Source of the DNA: Basidiobolus meristosporus CBS 931.73
Lineage: Eukaryota > Fungi > Basidiobolomycota
Direction of reading: 5' to 3'
Assembly: GCA_002104905.1 (NCBI GenBank)
Contig: MCFE01000133.1
Location: forward strand, 1 to 64,000
DNA: 64,000 bases
Position 1 is the first letter of the stretch; every line of letters starts with the position of its first letter. Position numbers and translations under genes: made by a program. Positions 36,821-50,029 of this stretch are shown in pieces. The notes below the pieces were generated by a model, which saw only the letters and a program-made list of their open reading frames with translations, had not been told where the DNA came from and did no database searches.

Positions 36821-36855
36821 GTTTCGCGCTGTTTCGCGCTGTTTCGCGCTGTTTC
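36821..36855 (+). promoter_or_regulatory. Triple tandem GTTTCGCGCT: three canonical E2F/SCB-like sites upstream of Argonaute
   Basis: (GTTTCGCGCT)x3 + GTTTC. Each unit contains TTTCGCGC (reverse complement GCGCGAAA). About 230 nt upstream of the AGO ATG. Function is inferred. Confidence 0.45.
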
Positions 36856-37085
36856 ATGTCCATAGCATCAAATGAGATTAGTATATCCGTACACCCATTG
36901 GCGCAGTATTCCTCCTGAACACCATCCACCCTCAATCATCCAATGCTTGTACTACATTAGGAATTCCGTTCAAACAAAGAAACCTTTCACCCCAATTCCC
37001 ATGTTAGGGCCCATTATGCTCTGAGTAGATCTCACAGAATCCCACTTAATGAAGAATTAGCCACCAGATAACTTTGTAATTAACC

Positions 37086-39720
37086 ATGGCGTCTTCACAA
37101 CGACTAGTGCCCATAAAATTCCCAAAAAGACCTGGCATTGGGACGGCTGGCCAGAAGATTCGTGTCCGTGCCAATTACTTCGATGTGATCTGCTTCCCTG
37201 GTGCCAACATACACCATTACGATGTCACCATTATCCCGGACGTCCCGGCCACATTGTGCCGCCAGATTTATCAACTGTTCGAGGATTTGAACAGCACCAC
37301 CTCGCTGGGTGGCATCAAACCGATCTACGACGGCAGAAAAAACATCTTCTCCCACAAACCCCTGCCTTTCGGTGACCATGCTTCCTTCACGGTACTGACA
37401 TGTCTCACTATTGTTTGTGCTTGACAGCAGCGAGCGAGCCAAAATAGATAAACTCATCACCCCTATTCGCTCCCTACAGGTAACCCTGCCCGAAGACTCC
37501 GGCAGCTCTTCAAAGAGAGAACCGCGGGAATTCACCATCAAACTCGTGAAGGTGGGTGTGGTTGTCATGGAGGAGTTAAACCATTTCCTCAGCGGAAAAA
37601 TCAGCCTAACTTCCAACTGCCAAACCGCAATCATGGCGTTGGATATTCTGATTCGTCACCGCCCCTCCATGCTCTACTCCTCCATCGGCAGCTCCTTCTT
37701 CACCAATACCGACTCTAGACCCTTGGGCAACGGGGTCGACGTTTGGCAAGGGTTCTACCAATCCGCTCGACCAACCCCGAGAAAAATGATGATCAACGTG
37801 GATGTCAGCTCGACCGCCTTTTACCACGCTGGCCCGCTGGTTCAGACCGTGGTGCAGATCCTTGGTTTCCGGGGAGTGGAGGATCTGAAGCGAGGTCTAA
37901 CCCCACGGGATCACGCCAAACTTGAAAAAGGCTTGAAGAATCTCGGGGTCATGGTTGTGCATCGTGGACAGGACAAGAGGAAGTACAAGATCCGAAGACT
38001 TTCGTTGAAGGGCGCGGATCAGGAGACATTCGGTTTAGGAGAGTCGGGGTCGGATGTGTCCACGGTAGCCTCGTATTTCCAGAAGAGGTACAACCTTCGC
38101 TTGGCTTACCCGTTCTTGCCGTGCATCGTGGTCAAGAAGAAGGAGATCATGTTCCCGATGGAGGTTTGCGAGGTGGTTCCGGGCCAAAAATACATCCGCA
38201 AACTGAACGAGAGGCAAACGCAGGAAATGATCAAGTTCACCTGTCAACCACCCCATATTCGAGCCAACAAGATCCACCAGGGGCTCAAGGTGTTGAACTA
38301 CCGTGACAACGAGTACCTCCAGCAGTTTGGAATGAAGATCGGCAACGAGATGGCTGTCATCGATGCTAGAATCTTGCCGGCCCCTACTGTCTGCTACAAC
38401 GAATCCTCGAAGGAGGCCAAATTCGTGCCTAGGGGCGGCGCCTGGAACCTTCGCGACAAAAAGGTGGCTGCCGGTGCTACCATTGCCTCGTGGTCGGTGG
38501 CGGTGTTCGGAGCTCAGCGAGATTTCCCCCTCAACGTGGTCCAGCACTTCATCAAGGAGCTGTCTATTACATGTGTGGACACCGGGATGATCATCTCCCA
38601 TCGCTCTCCACCGATCGGCTACTTCCCCTACCATGTACAAGGGAACAACATCGAGCAGGCGCTCAGCAATGCTTGGTACAAGGCGGGCGACACTACGAAG
38701 AAGAAGCCTCAGCTTATAATCTGCATCCTTCCCAACACTGGCGTCCAGCTCTATGGAGAAATCAAGCGGGTGAGTGACACTGTGTTGGGGGTTGCTACCC
38801 AGTGCGTTCAGGGGAAGCACGTCTTTAAGGCCAACAAGCAATATTGCGCAAATGTGTGTCTGAAGATCAACGCCAAGCTTGGTGGCATGAATTCCTATCT
38901 CCCACCCGAGCAAATTCCATTCATCTCCAACGCACCAACCATCGTCTTTGGAGCGGATGTCACTCACCCGGGACCTGGTGAGAACAACAAGCCATCGATC
39001 GCTGCCGTCGTTGCTTCCATGGATAACAAGGTCTCCAGATACGCATCTTGCATTCGCGCGCAAGCCAGCAGAACGGAGATCATTGCCGATCTTGCCGCGA
39101 TGGTACAAGAGCTTCTGGTGGCGTTCTACAAGAGTTGCAGACAGAAGCCAGCGCAGATCCTTTTCTACCGAGACGGCGTATCCGAGGGGCAATTCGGCCA
39201 GGTGCTCCATGCGGAAGTGAAGGCGGTACAAGCAGCCTGCCGCTTGCTGGAGAAAGACTACAATCCTAAGCTCACCTTTGTAATCGTCCAGAAGCGGCAT
39301 CATGCTCGTTTCTTCCCAATGGACAAGTCACAGGCCGACCGCTCGGGTAACTGCATCCCTGGCACCGTGGTGGACACCAACATCACCCATCCCTACGAAT
39401 TCGACTTTTACTTGCAGAGTCACGCGGGGATCCAAGGAACCTCCCGCTCCACCCACTACCATGTACTGTACGACGACAACAACTTCACCTCCAACTCGCT
39501 GCAAGAATTAACCTACCGTCTGTGCTATCTGTACGCGCGCTGCACTCGATCGGTCTCCGTCGTCCCGGCCGCGTACTACGCGGATCTGGTTTGTACCAGA
39601 GCCAGATTCCACGCTCGCGGTGGCGCCTACTCGGAGTCGGACCTCGAGAGCGAGGATGGTGAAGGGTTGAGCTACGCCGAGGTGAAGCCAGATCTACAGA
39701 ACGTGATGTATTTCATGTGA
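37086..39720 (+). CDS. Argonaute (RNAi effector)
   Basis: Exons 37086-37391 and 37480-39720. N, PAZ (FPMEVC), MID (QCV, KINAKLGG) and PIWI motifs (GADVTHP, YRDGVSEG, QKRHH, GTSR, YARCTRSVS, AYYADL). Confidence 0.97.
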
Positions 39721-39967
39721 GTAGAAGACGAGTTGTAAAGAAGTGCCGAGGAAATGATTGATTTTACCAGTGACGTTTATTATTAACCACTACCGATATA
39801 TATATATATGTTCTATTCTATGTATTACTCAGTGTATTGCGTGGCAAGCTTATATGTGCATGAAAATCGCGAAGAATAAAATACGAGAAAACCACCTGGG
39901 GGAAGGGAGGACGGGGAGCTGGGAATGCTGAAGGGAGATACTGTACAACGGATGGCCTAGGCTGCTC

Positions 39968-41120
39968 TCAAAGGTCCTCGAAATCGTCCAGCTGGACGTC
40001 AGGGATCTTCTCAATGTATACGTAGATGTCGATGTGCTCCACGCCGGGGATTGCCTCGGCGATGAAATCGTCGGGCACGTACTCGATCTGCTTGTCGATA
40101 TCTTTCATGACGAATCGCTTCCCTTCGGGTGGTGAGATGGGGATCGCGTATTTCAGCACGCTCTCGAACGTGGTTGTGGGGGAGATGGCGATCTTCTCCT
40201 TGTAGATCTTTTTCCGAGACCGGACGGTCACCGTCTTCAGAAGGATGCTAGGCCCGAGTGGGGCCTCCTCCACCTTCTCCCTCTCCCTCTCCCGTATGTA
40301 CGGTGGGTGCTCCTTTCGACTGCGCTTCGCGGCAAGGTGGGGTGGGTCGTCGGCGGGTCGGGGCGGGGTTTTCGTGGATTGAATTGGTGGGGAGTGGGTG
40401 GCCCTTAGGACGGTGTTCAATGGGGATATGGGTGAGGTGAAGGTGGTGGGCACTTGTGGCTGGTTGGGCGTGAGTTCGGTTTTAACTTCAGGCCGGGGTC
40501 TTTGTGGAGATTTGGGACTGATGGGGGAGCTTTCTGGAATATTTACATGTTCTTGCGGGGGCTTCTCATCCTCCGAGGTTCCCAACTTGGGGGAAAACGG
40601 TGCGGCTGCTCTGGAGCTCACTCCAGCTGGTTCTTGGGATGGGTTCTGACCGGATGTTTCGTTCCCCTTGTACACTAAAAAACGTGAGGAGTTCAGATGA
40701 CCGGCCTGCCAACAGTAAACACGACCACTTACTCTTCATCCAGCGCCAACAGGCAGAGTTGCATCCAGTACAGATCTTCACCTCTTTGTATCGTTCGCTC
40801 CACATCAACCTCGCCGAGCGGTTCGCGCGCAACCAAGTCAGAAAGGCTTCGTTGCTGGAGGAAACGCTCTTCCTCCGGAAATCCACCTTATACCCGATCT
40901 TCTTGATGTTCCACTGGATCTCTGTGGGCTCGCAGGTGCACAGCTCGCTGCCGTATTTTCCCGAGCAGGTCAGACAGGTCAAACAGATGACACAGATGTT
41001 GGGCCGCATGGGGAGCCGTTTCTGTATCATGTACTGGTCATTGTTCTCGAACTCTGGGAAACTCGGCTTGCTCTCGTCCTCCTCTTGTTTCGCTGGGTAC
41101 TTTCCTTCAATTACCGACAT
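39968..41120 (-). CDS. Hypothetical protein: N-terminal Cys-rich putative Zn-binding domain, disordered linker, C-terminal ubiquitin-like-sized domain
   Basis: Exons 41120-40732 and 40674-39968 (gtaagt...ttttag, in frame). CVICLTCLTCSGKYGSELCTC and ICTGCNSAC; the C-terminal ~85 aa has a beta-grasp-like pattern. Confidence 0.75.
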
Positions 41121-41528
41121 CGCTCATAAAGCGTGGACTTGGCTGGTGGGGGAGAGGGCAATTGGGTCAGAGGTCGAGGGTTAATAGAAGATGGGGAAAT
41201 TTCTTTTCTCTTGATTTGCTGCACTGGTGATGGATCTCTCACGTGATAAGTCCAATCTTCCCATTGATATGTTGTCTGATGTCCGAGCTAGGGATTGAAC
41301 ATAGATCCTCCTCTACCTTGATTCGGTGCTCTGACTAGTGCGCTATCAGTCTAGATGTGTTTGTGTATTTGTGCTACCATGCCATCTAACAAGAAAATGC
41401 TTTGAAAAGTAATCCGGAGTTGAAATCTAAACTGACAAAGTTCTGTGTGGGCAATTACAAACAAGCAGCAATTCATGTTAGTAATTCTTTTTGCCTGTGT
41501 AGAATACAGATTTTTCTTGGTTCACAGT

Positions 41529-43730
41529 CCCTATGAGAAATCTGGAAGTTGGAACACATTGGGCTTTTAGCTGGGGTGTTACTTCTTCAAATTGTTATTT
41601 GCAATTTTTGGTGAAAGTAATGAGCAGCTGACTTCCAAAACTTGGTATGAATGCTAGTAGGCCTAGTCCCCCCTGGAAAGGATGTCTGCTTGCCTGCTGT
41701 GAAGCTGGTACCTGATATACTGAGAGTTTTCACTTTTGGGAAAGCCAGAATTCAGCTGATATTGTGATGGTATTCTGCTGGCCTTTTCTTAATTTTGTTT
41801 CTTAGGGGGTGCAAATTGGTCAAAACTACAGCTCTTGTCTCATAATTCCCTCTCTCTGGCTTGTTTGGACTTTCCTTCCTTTTCCTTTACAATTGCCTCT
41901 CCCTTCAGCACTGCAAGGACCTTTGTTACAACTCTTCTTGTGTGTTCCTTGTATTATACTACATTTTGCCCATAGGAAATGCTGCAACAATGCTCCAGGC
42001 TCTGCCTGCTATCCCCTTACTGGACTCTTCAAGCTAGCTGTTAGTTCTTTGGCACTTGTTGAAATCTCTCAACCTGACTTGTGGCAGGCTCTTGAGAAGA
42101 CTACTATTTTTCTGCATTAGCACCCTTGTTTTATTACCTTCAATGGTTTGCTATTTTTGAGATATCCTTTTAGCATATCAGTGCTATCTCAAAATCTGTT
42201 TGCTTATTTGAGTACAGAATATGGTTGATTGAACAGGTATCATGCACTCTGCATGGCCATTAGCTCCTCATAGCTCCACAGTTTCTATTAAAAGTCTCAA
42301 ACTAGGGAATTATCTGATATTTACATAGTATTCAGTTGGTGTCTCTGCTCAAATTCTGGTTACAATACTTGGTGCAAGTAAAGAGTAGCTGGTTACCAGA
42401 TTTAGTTTGACTGCTGGCTGATTTAGTTACCATTATCAATCCTTTCAAATATCTCCTGTACCCCAAAGGGCTCACTTAACTTGAAATGCCCCATGTACAA
42501 CTTGGTTATTAGTAAAGGGATATTGTTGAAAAGCAAACACATTGCTCCCAGTGGAAAGCTTTAGCTCAAACATATTCCCTCTACCTTACGTATCATCAGT
42601 TTCTTACTGATTCCACATTCTAGCCAATTGCTTATAGCCTGGCAGCTTTTCTGCAATGGCATGCTGACTTCTGTACTTTCTCTGTGTGCAGAGATGATGG
42701 TTGTAGTACTGGCATATGAATAATGATAATGTGTGTGAGCTATGGGGTAAATCCCCTAGATCTTACACATTTAATAGCAGTACTTAGCATTGTGCCCAGG
42801 AAGGCTGGCTGTCTTGCTGATGGCTGGGGTATATCCAATGTATATGAAAATATGCAATATAAAATGATGCTCATTTACAATATCTGGCTGGAAAACATAC
42901 AATATTTATCCAGTAATGGATACAGGTGGCTATCCAGGTTGGATGCTAATTTAGGCCCAGATACCAGTGAGACTACCATCAGATTATTGATTAGATACTG
43001 TAAGATTGGCAACAGATTCAGGTTGATTGCAATTGGAGGCCAGCAGGCTTTGCAGTTAGAATACCTATTTGATGAGAATGTATCAAATGCCAAGGCAAAG
43101 GCATGGTGGTATATCCCTTTAAGTAGCCTTTGATTCTAAGTTGTTGGCAATTTTTGCCATCAAATATATCAGAAATGTTTGCACTTGGTTGATACCATGT
43201 GTGGTACTTTGTAGCTATACAATATATGTTGGACTGCATGAGTTTTGTGAGATGGAGTATTATTGGAATATATGCAGTGTGTGAACAATATGTTCCCCCT
43301 ATGGTGGTGGATTCCTCAAAAGTTGGATACCTTGCAATGGTGGCATTTTCTGATGTGAATGCCATGCAACTGTTAGCACATGCTAGTTTCCAAATGGTCT
43401 CTGGGTCAAATGTTGCCAGCCACATAATGGTTGTTGACTTGTACCATATACATGGTAAGTTGCATCCCAGTATAATTTTGGCAAGAAGTAGCAGTAAATC
43501 ATTAAAGCCCTCATTACTGATATTAGTGGAAACACTCCACTTCTCTAGCCCCAACATCACATCATTTACCAGTGGAAGGATTACTGGCCTCACTTGGCTC
43601 CATAATGTAAACTTGGCTTTTTTTTGCTTTGCATGCAGATGAATAACAACTTTGCACTCTCTGCAGCCAAGTATTAGTCTACTTGGTCTCTCCAGCACAC
43701 AATGGCATTGTATGGCACTCATGGCTCAAT
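41529..43730 (-). mobile_element. Degenerate CACTA/EnSpm-like DNA transposon, copy 1
   Basis: Terminus CCCTATGAGAAAT at 41529 coincides with the start of CpG loss. Tnp2-type transposase remnants: CMAFT, DIFDGK, ALAFD, WPPIAINLNL, SGPK...LDSHLYPL. Confidence 0.8.
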
Positions 43731-46688
43731 GTGTCACTATCCAATGTAACAAGTCTAACATCCTTAGTCTTAGACTGGAAATATACTCTAGGCAATGTAT
43801 TTCATATCTGTAGCACAGTCCTGACCTTGTGCCAACTATAAGGCACACTGTCAGCATGTTTTTTTTTGGATGTAGACCTGCTTGCTGCTCTGAATGCCCA
43901 AACAAGCTGTTGTACACCATGTTTCTGCTGTTGTTAGTATTGAGGTTTGCTTGGGCACTAGCCAACTTTGCTTCATTTTTTTGTGGCATACATATAGAAG
44001 TGCGTTAAACCAAATGGGAGATAGTGTTACATACACATGTGTATGTGGTGCCACAGCCTTATTTATAAAGCTTACTATGGTGGGTCATCATTAAATCTTA
44101 CATTCATGTAGGTGCAATGTCTCAAGCCCAAGATTGCCTAAAAATCACCTAAATATTGACAAAAGAGTGTTATAATAGCAATACATTGCTGAGTGTCAAG
44201 CTGTTTGCCCCATAGACAAGGCTTATTTGTTTCAGTGCTGTAAGTGAAGGGAAAAACAACCATGTGGCTATTGTAGCCAGCATCTCAGCCATGAAGTATG
44301 CAGGCAGCATATGAGTTATTACAAGGATCATAGCCACTGTATTGCCACATAAGTCATATCAGACCATCCATCAGTCACTGCTGTACCAGCAATATCTTGC
44401 TGGCCACTTGATACTTTCATAGCAGCACCTAGTTGTACTTGTCACTTTGTGCAAACTGATTCAGGTGAGTTTGTGATGCATTTAGGCTCACCTAAGCCTT
44501 CTGAATATGGCACACCAAGTGATAGCTCCAATGAAGAAGGCATACTGAAGGATTGTGAGCCTTTCTCTCCTCACAGATGTACCCTGCATGAGCCTGACAA
44601 GACCCCAATGTGCAAAGAGACAATACCTGTGGAAAAAATGCCAAGTATACTTTACAGAGCCAAGTGAGCCCAGTAATCCATCTACTGGTGAATGATGCAA
44701 TTTTGTGGCTAGAGAAGTGGAGTACTTCCAGCAATATCAGTAATGGAGGCTTTGAGAATTTACTGATACTTCTTGCCAAAATCATTCTGGCATGCAACTT
44801 ACCATGTACATGGTGAGAGTGGACTGCCATCTTGCAGCCAGCAGCATTGGACCCAGGGAACCATCTGGGTACCAGCATGTATTAGCAGTAGCATGGCATT
44901 CACATCAGAAAATGACATCATTGCAAGGTGTACAACTTGTCAGGAATCTACCATCATAGGCAGAAAACATTGTTGATACTCCAGATATATTCCAGTAATA
45001 CCACATCTAAAAGGCTTATGCATTCCAACCAGTATTGTGAAGCTATAAAGTACCTACTCAGTATCAATCAGGGACAATCATTGCTGATATACTTGATGGC
45101 AAAAACTACAAAGAACTAAGAAGCAAAGGCTACTTTGAAGGATGCGCAACCATGCTTTTGCCTAGGTACTTGATGGAATCTCACTGAGCAAGTACTCTAC
45201 CAGAAAATACTGCTGGCTGCCAATCTTACAGTTCTGGAGCAGAAATCTGTATGTAGTCTCACTGATATCTAGGCCTAAATCACCATCCAGCCTGGATAGC
45301 TACCTGTATCTATTGCTGGATAATTTTTGTATGCTATCCAGCTGAATACCAGTACCTGATCATCATGTCAAAGTGTGCACTGTTATTTGCATTGGAGATC
45401 CCCCAGCCTTGAGCAAGATAGCTGACTTTTCTAGGCACAATGGATGGAATTGTTGTAGAGTGTGTGAGACTCAGCAGATTTACTTCATAACTTACATGTA
45501 TTATTATTATCCAAACATCAATGCCAAGAACATCATCTTTGCACAGGGTCAATGTACAGAAGTAAGCATTTAATTGTAGCAAAGCTGGTAGCATTAAGCC
45601 ATCAGCCTGAATGTGGAATTAATGAAAAACCAGAGATACTAAAGATGGAGTCAATCTGTTGGAGTAAAAGCTTTCCCTTGGGAGCAATACCTTAGCCCTT
45701 CAACAATACCCTATACTAGTGACCAAGTTGTGACACAGGACATTTCAAACTGAGTGAGCCCCTGATATACTAGATAAATTTGAAAGAATTGACAAGATCT
45801 TACAGAATATCCAATACATAATGCATTTCTCAGAAGCTCTAATCAATACTCATACTCATATGAAACAATACTAATACAAGAACTGGATGAACTGGATATG
45901 TAGTTATTCAGATGGCTTTCTGAATAAGTTCATAACAAGAGTACACTTGAAGTGTTGTAAGTCATATGTTAACACTATAGGAACATTTATCCAGAAGTAG
46001 ATCACCAATGTCAACTTGATAGCATCTGCAGCTTTTGTGCAGGATTTTGAGACAGGATTTGAGCAGCTATACTACAAGCATAAAGCTAATAATGTAGATC
46101 TCTGCCACTGACTGCATCCATTCTCTACTCCATCCTGCTGGATGTGTAGAGAATATTGTACCTTACCTCACCTTTTAGGAGTTTCCTATGGAGCAAATGT
46201 GTGGGAAGATGGGAAGACAAGTTAAGTCAAGTTGCTAGTACTACCATATTTCAATCTCATCAGGAAAATGACCTTCAAGTCTGTCATGGAGGCAATGAGT
46301 TGGCACATGGAAGACAGCTAGGAAGAGTCAGGATATACTGAGCACAGATGTACACATGGAGACACCTATGCCTTTGTTGCCATGAAGTAAAGCTGCCACA
46401 ATGCATGGGTTATCAGTTAAGTTATGCAAAGTTGGGTGGGACACAACAAACAACTAGTTTTTATTAAGATAATTTTACCACAGTATGCCTGGATTCTATT
46501 GGATTCAAGCCAATTTCTACGCAATTTGGAACTCATACAAACAAGAGCCAGAGTGTAAACATAAGGGGGACTAGAATCCAGTAAGGAGGAGAAGTATATA
46601 GGCTAAGCACCAAAAAGTATTTTGCAGATACTCAAAAGGTAATTATAGCAGAATTTGCAGCAACTAAGCATATGTTGGCAAGATGTAT
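43730..46688 (+). mobile_element. Degenerate CACTA/EnSpm-like DNA transposon, copy 2
   Basis: Plus-strand transposase remnants (LEKWSTSSNISN, SSMAFT, IGDPPALSKIADFSRHNGWNCCRVCE). 46520-46688 is the reverse complement of 47170-47350; cut off by copy 3. Confidence 0.8.
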
Positions 46689-49015
46689 CCCTATGAAAAA
46701 TAATTTGGTCCTGAGGGTAAATATGAACCATATCAGCTGTCAGGATCTCACAAAGAGTCCATCATAATTTCAGCAGCTGAAGTCATTGACCCTCCACCTA
46801 ATTTTATGAAGGGAATGTTAGGTGTTTTGCTGATTTTGCAGTCATATGAAGTTAAAAACTTGACAGTATTTGAGCAGTCTTTTGACAAGAAGTGCATGGC
46901 ATTCTAACAGACTCAATGCACTCTTTATTTAGTAGAGCAGACTTAACCAGCCAATACATTCAAAATCCACCTTGCTTAGTTGATCCCCACCTAAGTCCTT
47001 TCCTGGTTCTGCCTTGCCCAGCACTACTCTCCTGCCTTGTGTCTATTCATAAAACCTGCTTACCAACCTCTACATATGCACACATCCACCGCAACTGGCA
47101 CACTTCTATCACCCCAACTTTATGGCCTTTTAGTGTAATACTTGCAAAGTTGCCATATACCTTATATTGCTGGTAACATATGCATCTTACAGACATATGC
47201 TTGATTGCTACCACTTTTGCCATGAATACCTCATGAATATCTGCAAAGAACATCTTAGTGTTTAGCCAATAAACTTCTTCTCCCTGCTGGATTCTAGTCC
47301 CCATGATAGATGCACTCTGGCTCTTGCTTATGTAGGCTCCATATAGAATGGTGTAGAGACTGTCTTGTGACCAAGCAAAACCCAGCACACTTTGGTAAAG
47401 TTGTCTTAGTAATAATTAGTTGCTTGTTGCACCCAGCCCTACTTTGCATTACTTAATTGGTTATCCAGGCATTGGGGCTGCTTAGCTTCTTGTAATAGTT
47501 TGCACTTTCATATGATAGCTTTATTGTAATGTCATGCTGGAAAGCATACAAAATTTATCCAGCAATGGATACAGATAGCTATCCAGTATGGACAGTGTGT
47601 TGGTGTATAAGTCCAAGGGAGAGATATATCCAACACTTCTCAAGTGTTTAGTGTATGGGGAGCTCAAGGGTGGAATAACCTCTGGCAAAAGCTTGATAGG
47701 AGTTCTTGTGTTCTGTCTCTACTCTAATGCAAAGGGGAATAAAGTTGCAAGTTGGTCAAGGGAAAACTATTGAGCTACAATCCCCAGCTTAGTTGGTGTC
47801 ATAATAAGAGTATGCAGTGAATTCAGCATCCCTTGAGGCTATATGTACTAAAGCTTCCAAAGTCAAAACAGCTGTAAACTCCACCAGCTGGGACTGGATC
47901 AGAATGCAGCTGTTGTAAATAGTTACAAAGACAGGAAAGTATCTTTACTTATATAAGAACAAACTTGAGAAAGAATCAAATATAATAAGAGATACCTATA
48001 CTGGGTATTCCTCACAAATAGTGCCTACAAGGTCAGTTGGCTGTCAGTGCACATTCATGGGAGTGTCATGTAGTCTGGTATTGGAAGTTTAGGTAGCAAC
48101 AGGTAGCAGTGATCACACTAATCAACAAGTTGGTATAGTGATAAAAGGGATGATGGTTTATTGTTGAGGGATTGCCTCCCTTGAATACTTTTCTCACTAG
48201 CAAAGTGGTTACTAATCATACTGTTCCAGAAGATTCTAGAGATTAATAGAAATTTTAATGACTTTACATCAAGCTAAGAGTGTTCTAAGTAGATGCCAGA
48301 AGGTTCTAAGACACACAGCACATCAAGCCAATCAGGGATTGGTGTTCCAAAACCTGTGTAACATACAAATAGCATAAATGAAATGAAAATGGTGGGGATG
48401 GAGACATGGCCTGGTAATGTCTCACAGGTACTGGCATGGGTGCTTGCCAAATATTGAAGATACTTCTTTTAGTAATCATTCATAAAGTTAGGGATAACTT
48501 ATGCACCAAATAAAGAGGCATTGCCCTTAGCCAGCCTATGGGATAGTACTGATCAGATAAGACTAATGGGATAAAACTAAAACAAGGGTGCTGGAGAAAT
48601 TGGGAAGTAAAAAGATATGGGAATGGGCACTACTACCAGTGGGTATCACTGTGACTACATGCTAAAGTGATTTAGGCCCAGATACCAGTAAACTACCACC
48701 AGATTGCTGCTCTGATACTGTAAGATAGGTAGCAGATTCAGCTTGATGAGAATCAATTCCAGCAGGATTTGCTGGTACCATGCTTGTTTAATGAGAGTCC
48801 AGCAAGTGCCAAGGCAAAGACATGGATACACATGCCTTTGAAGTAGCCCTTTCTTCCTAGCTGTTTGTAATGTCTGTCATTGAATATGCTGTAGATGCTT
48901 GTGCTTGATCAATACTGAGTGTGGGACTTTATAAATTCACAATATATGTTGGACTGCATAAGCTTCTTTAGGTTGGGATTTACTGGAATATATCTGGAAT
49001 ATGAATAATGCTTTC
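46689..49015 (-). mobile_element. Degenerate CACTA/EnSpm-like DNA transposon, copy 3, interrupted by a solo LTR
   Basis: Terminus CCCTATGAAAAATAATTTGG. Transposase remnant LDSYLYPLLDKF rejoins across 47598-48665. Confidence 0.78.
47598..48665 (-). mobile_element. Gypsy solo LTR (~1.07 kb)
   Basis: The reverse complement aligns along 55062-56128. 4-bp TSD AGTG/AGTG; the host transposase sequence is colinear once it is removed. Confidence 0.85.
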
Positions 49016-50029
49016 AATGCAATATAAAATGAGGGCCATCTACAGTATCTGGCTGGAAAACATACAACATTTTTTCAGTAATGAATACAGGTAGCTATCC
49101 AGGCTGGATGCTGATTTAGGCTCAGATACCAGTGAGACTACCATCAGATTGTTGATCAGATACTGTAAGACTAGCAACAGATTCAGGTTGATGGAGATTG
49201 GAGGCTAGCATGCTTTGCAGTTAGAATACTTAATTGATGAGAATTTATCAGGTACCATGGCAAAGGCATGGTGGTTCATCCATTAAGAGCAGCCTTTAGT
49301 TCTTAGTTGTTTCTAATGTTTGCCATCAAATATATCAGAAATGTTTGCACTTGATTGATACCAAGTGTGGTACTTTGTAGCTATGCAATATATGTCGGAC
49401 TGCATGAGTTTTGTGCAATGGGGTATTACTAGAATATATGCAGTGTGTGAATAATATTTTCTGCCCATGGTGGTGGATTTCCAACAAGCAAAACAACTGG
49501 CAATGGCGGCATTTTCTGATGTGAATGCCATGCAACTCTTAATGCATGCTAGTATCAGGATTGTTCTCTGGGTGATATGTTGCCAACAGCATGATGGATG
49601 CCCACTTGTACTAAGCACATAGTAAGTTGCATCAAGAATGATTTTGGCAAGAAGTAGGAGTAGATCCTCAAAGGCCCCATTACTGATATTAGTGGAAACC
49701 AGCTTCTATTCTAGCTACAACATCTCATATTTCCACAGCAGATGGATCACTGGGCTCACTTGGCTACACAGAGAATCTTTGGCATTTTTTCTACTGGTGT
49801 TGTCTCATTGCATGTTGGGATTTTGCCAGGCTCATGAGGGGTACTGTTGTCAGGGGAGATAGGCTCATATTTCATCAATGAGCTTTCTTCTTTGGAGCTC
49901 TCACTCTGCAGGTCATTATCAGAATGCTAATGTGAGCTTACAGGCATCACAATCTCACATGACTCAGTTTGAGCAAGGTGACAATTACAACTAGGTGCTG
50001 TTATGAGAGTATCAGGCAGTGTAGTGGGG

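Noticed and set aside
38035-39303. 422-aa antisense ORF over Argonaute, and similar antisense ORFs over the epimerase, ArfGAP and arrestin
   Set aside because: Shadow frames of strongly codon-biased genes, with no motifs.
12466-41120. Functional gene cluster linking P450, tyrosinase, aminopeptidase and the Cys-rich protein
   Set aside because: They are interspersed with housekeeping genes (GLO3, SGD1, RFC5, SDHAF4), and there is no backbone synthase or shared regulatory motif.
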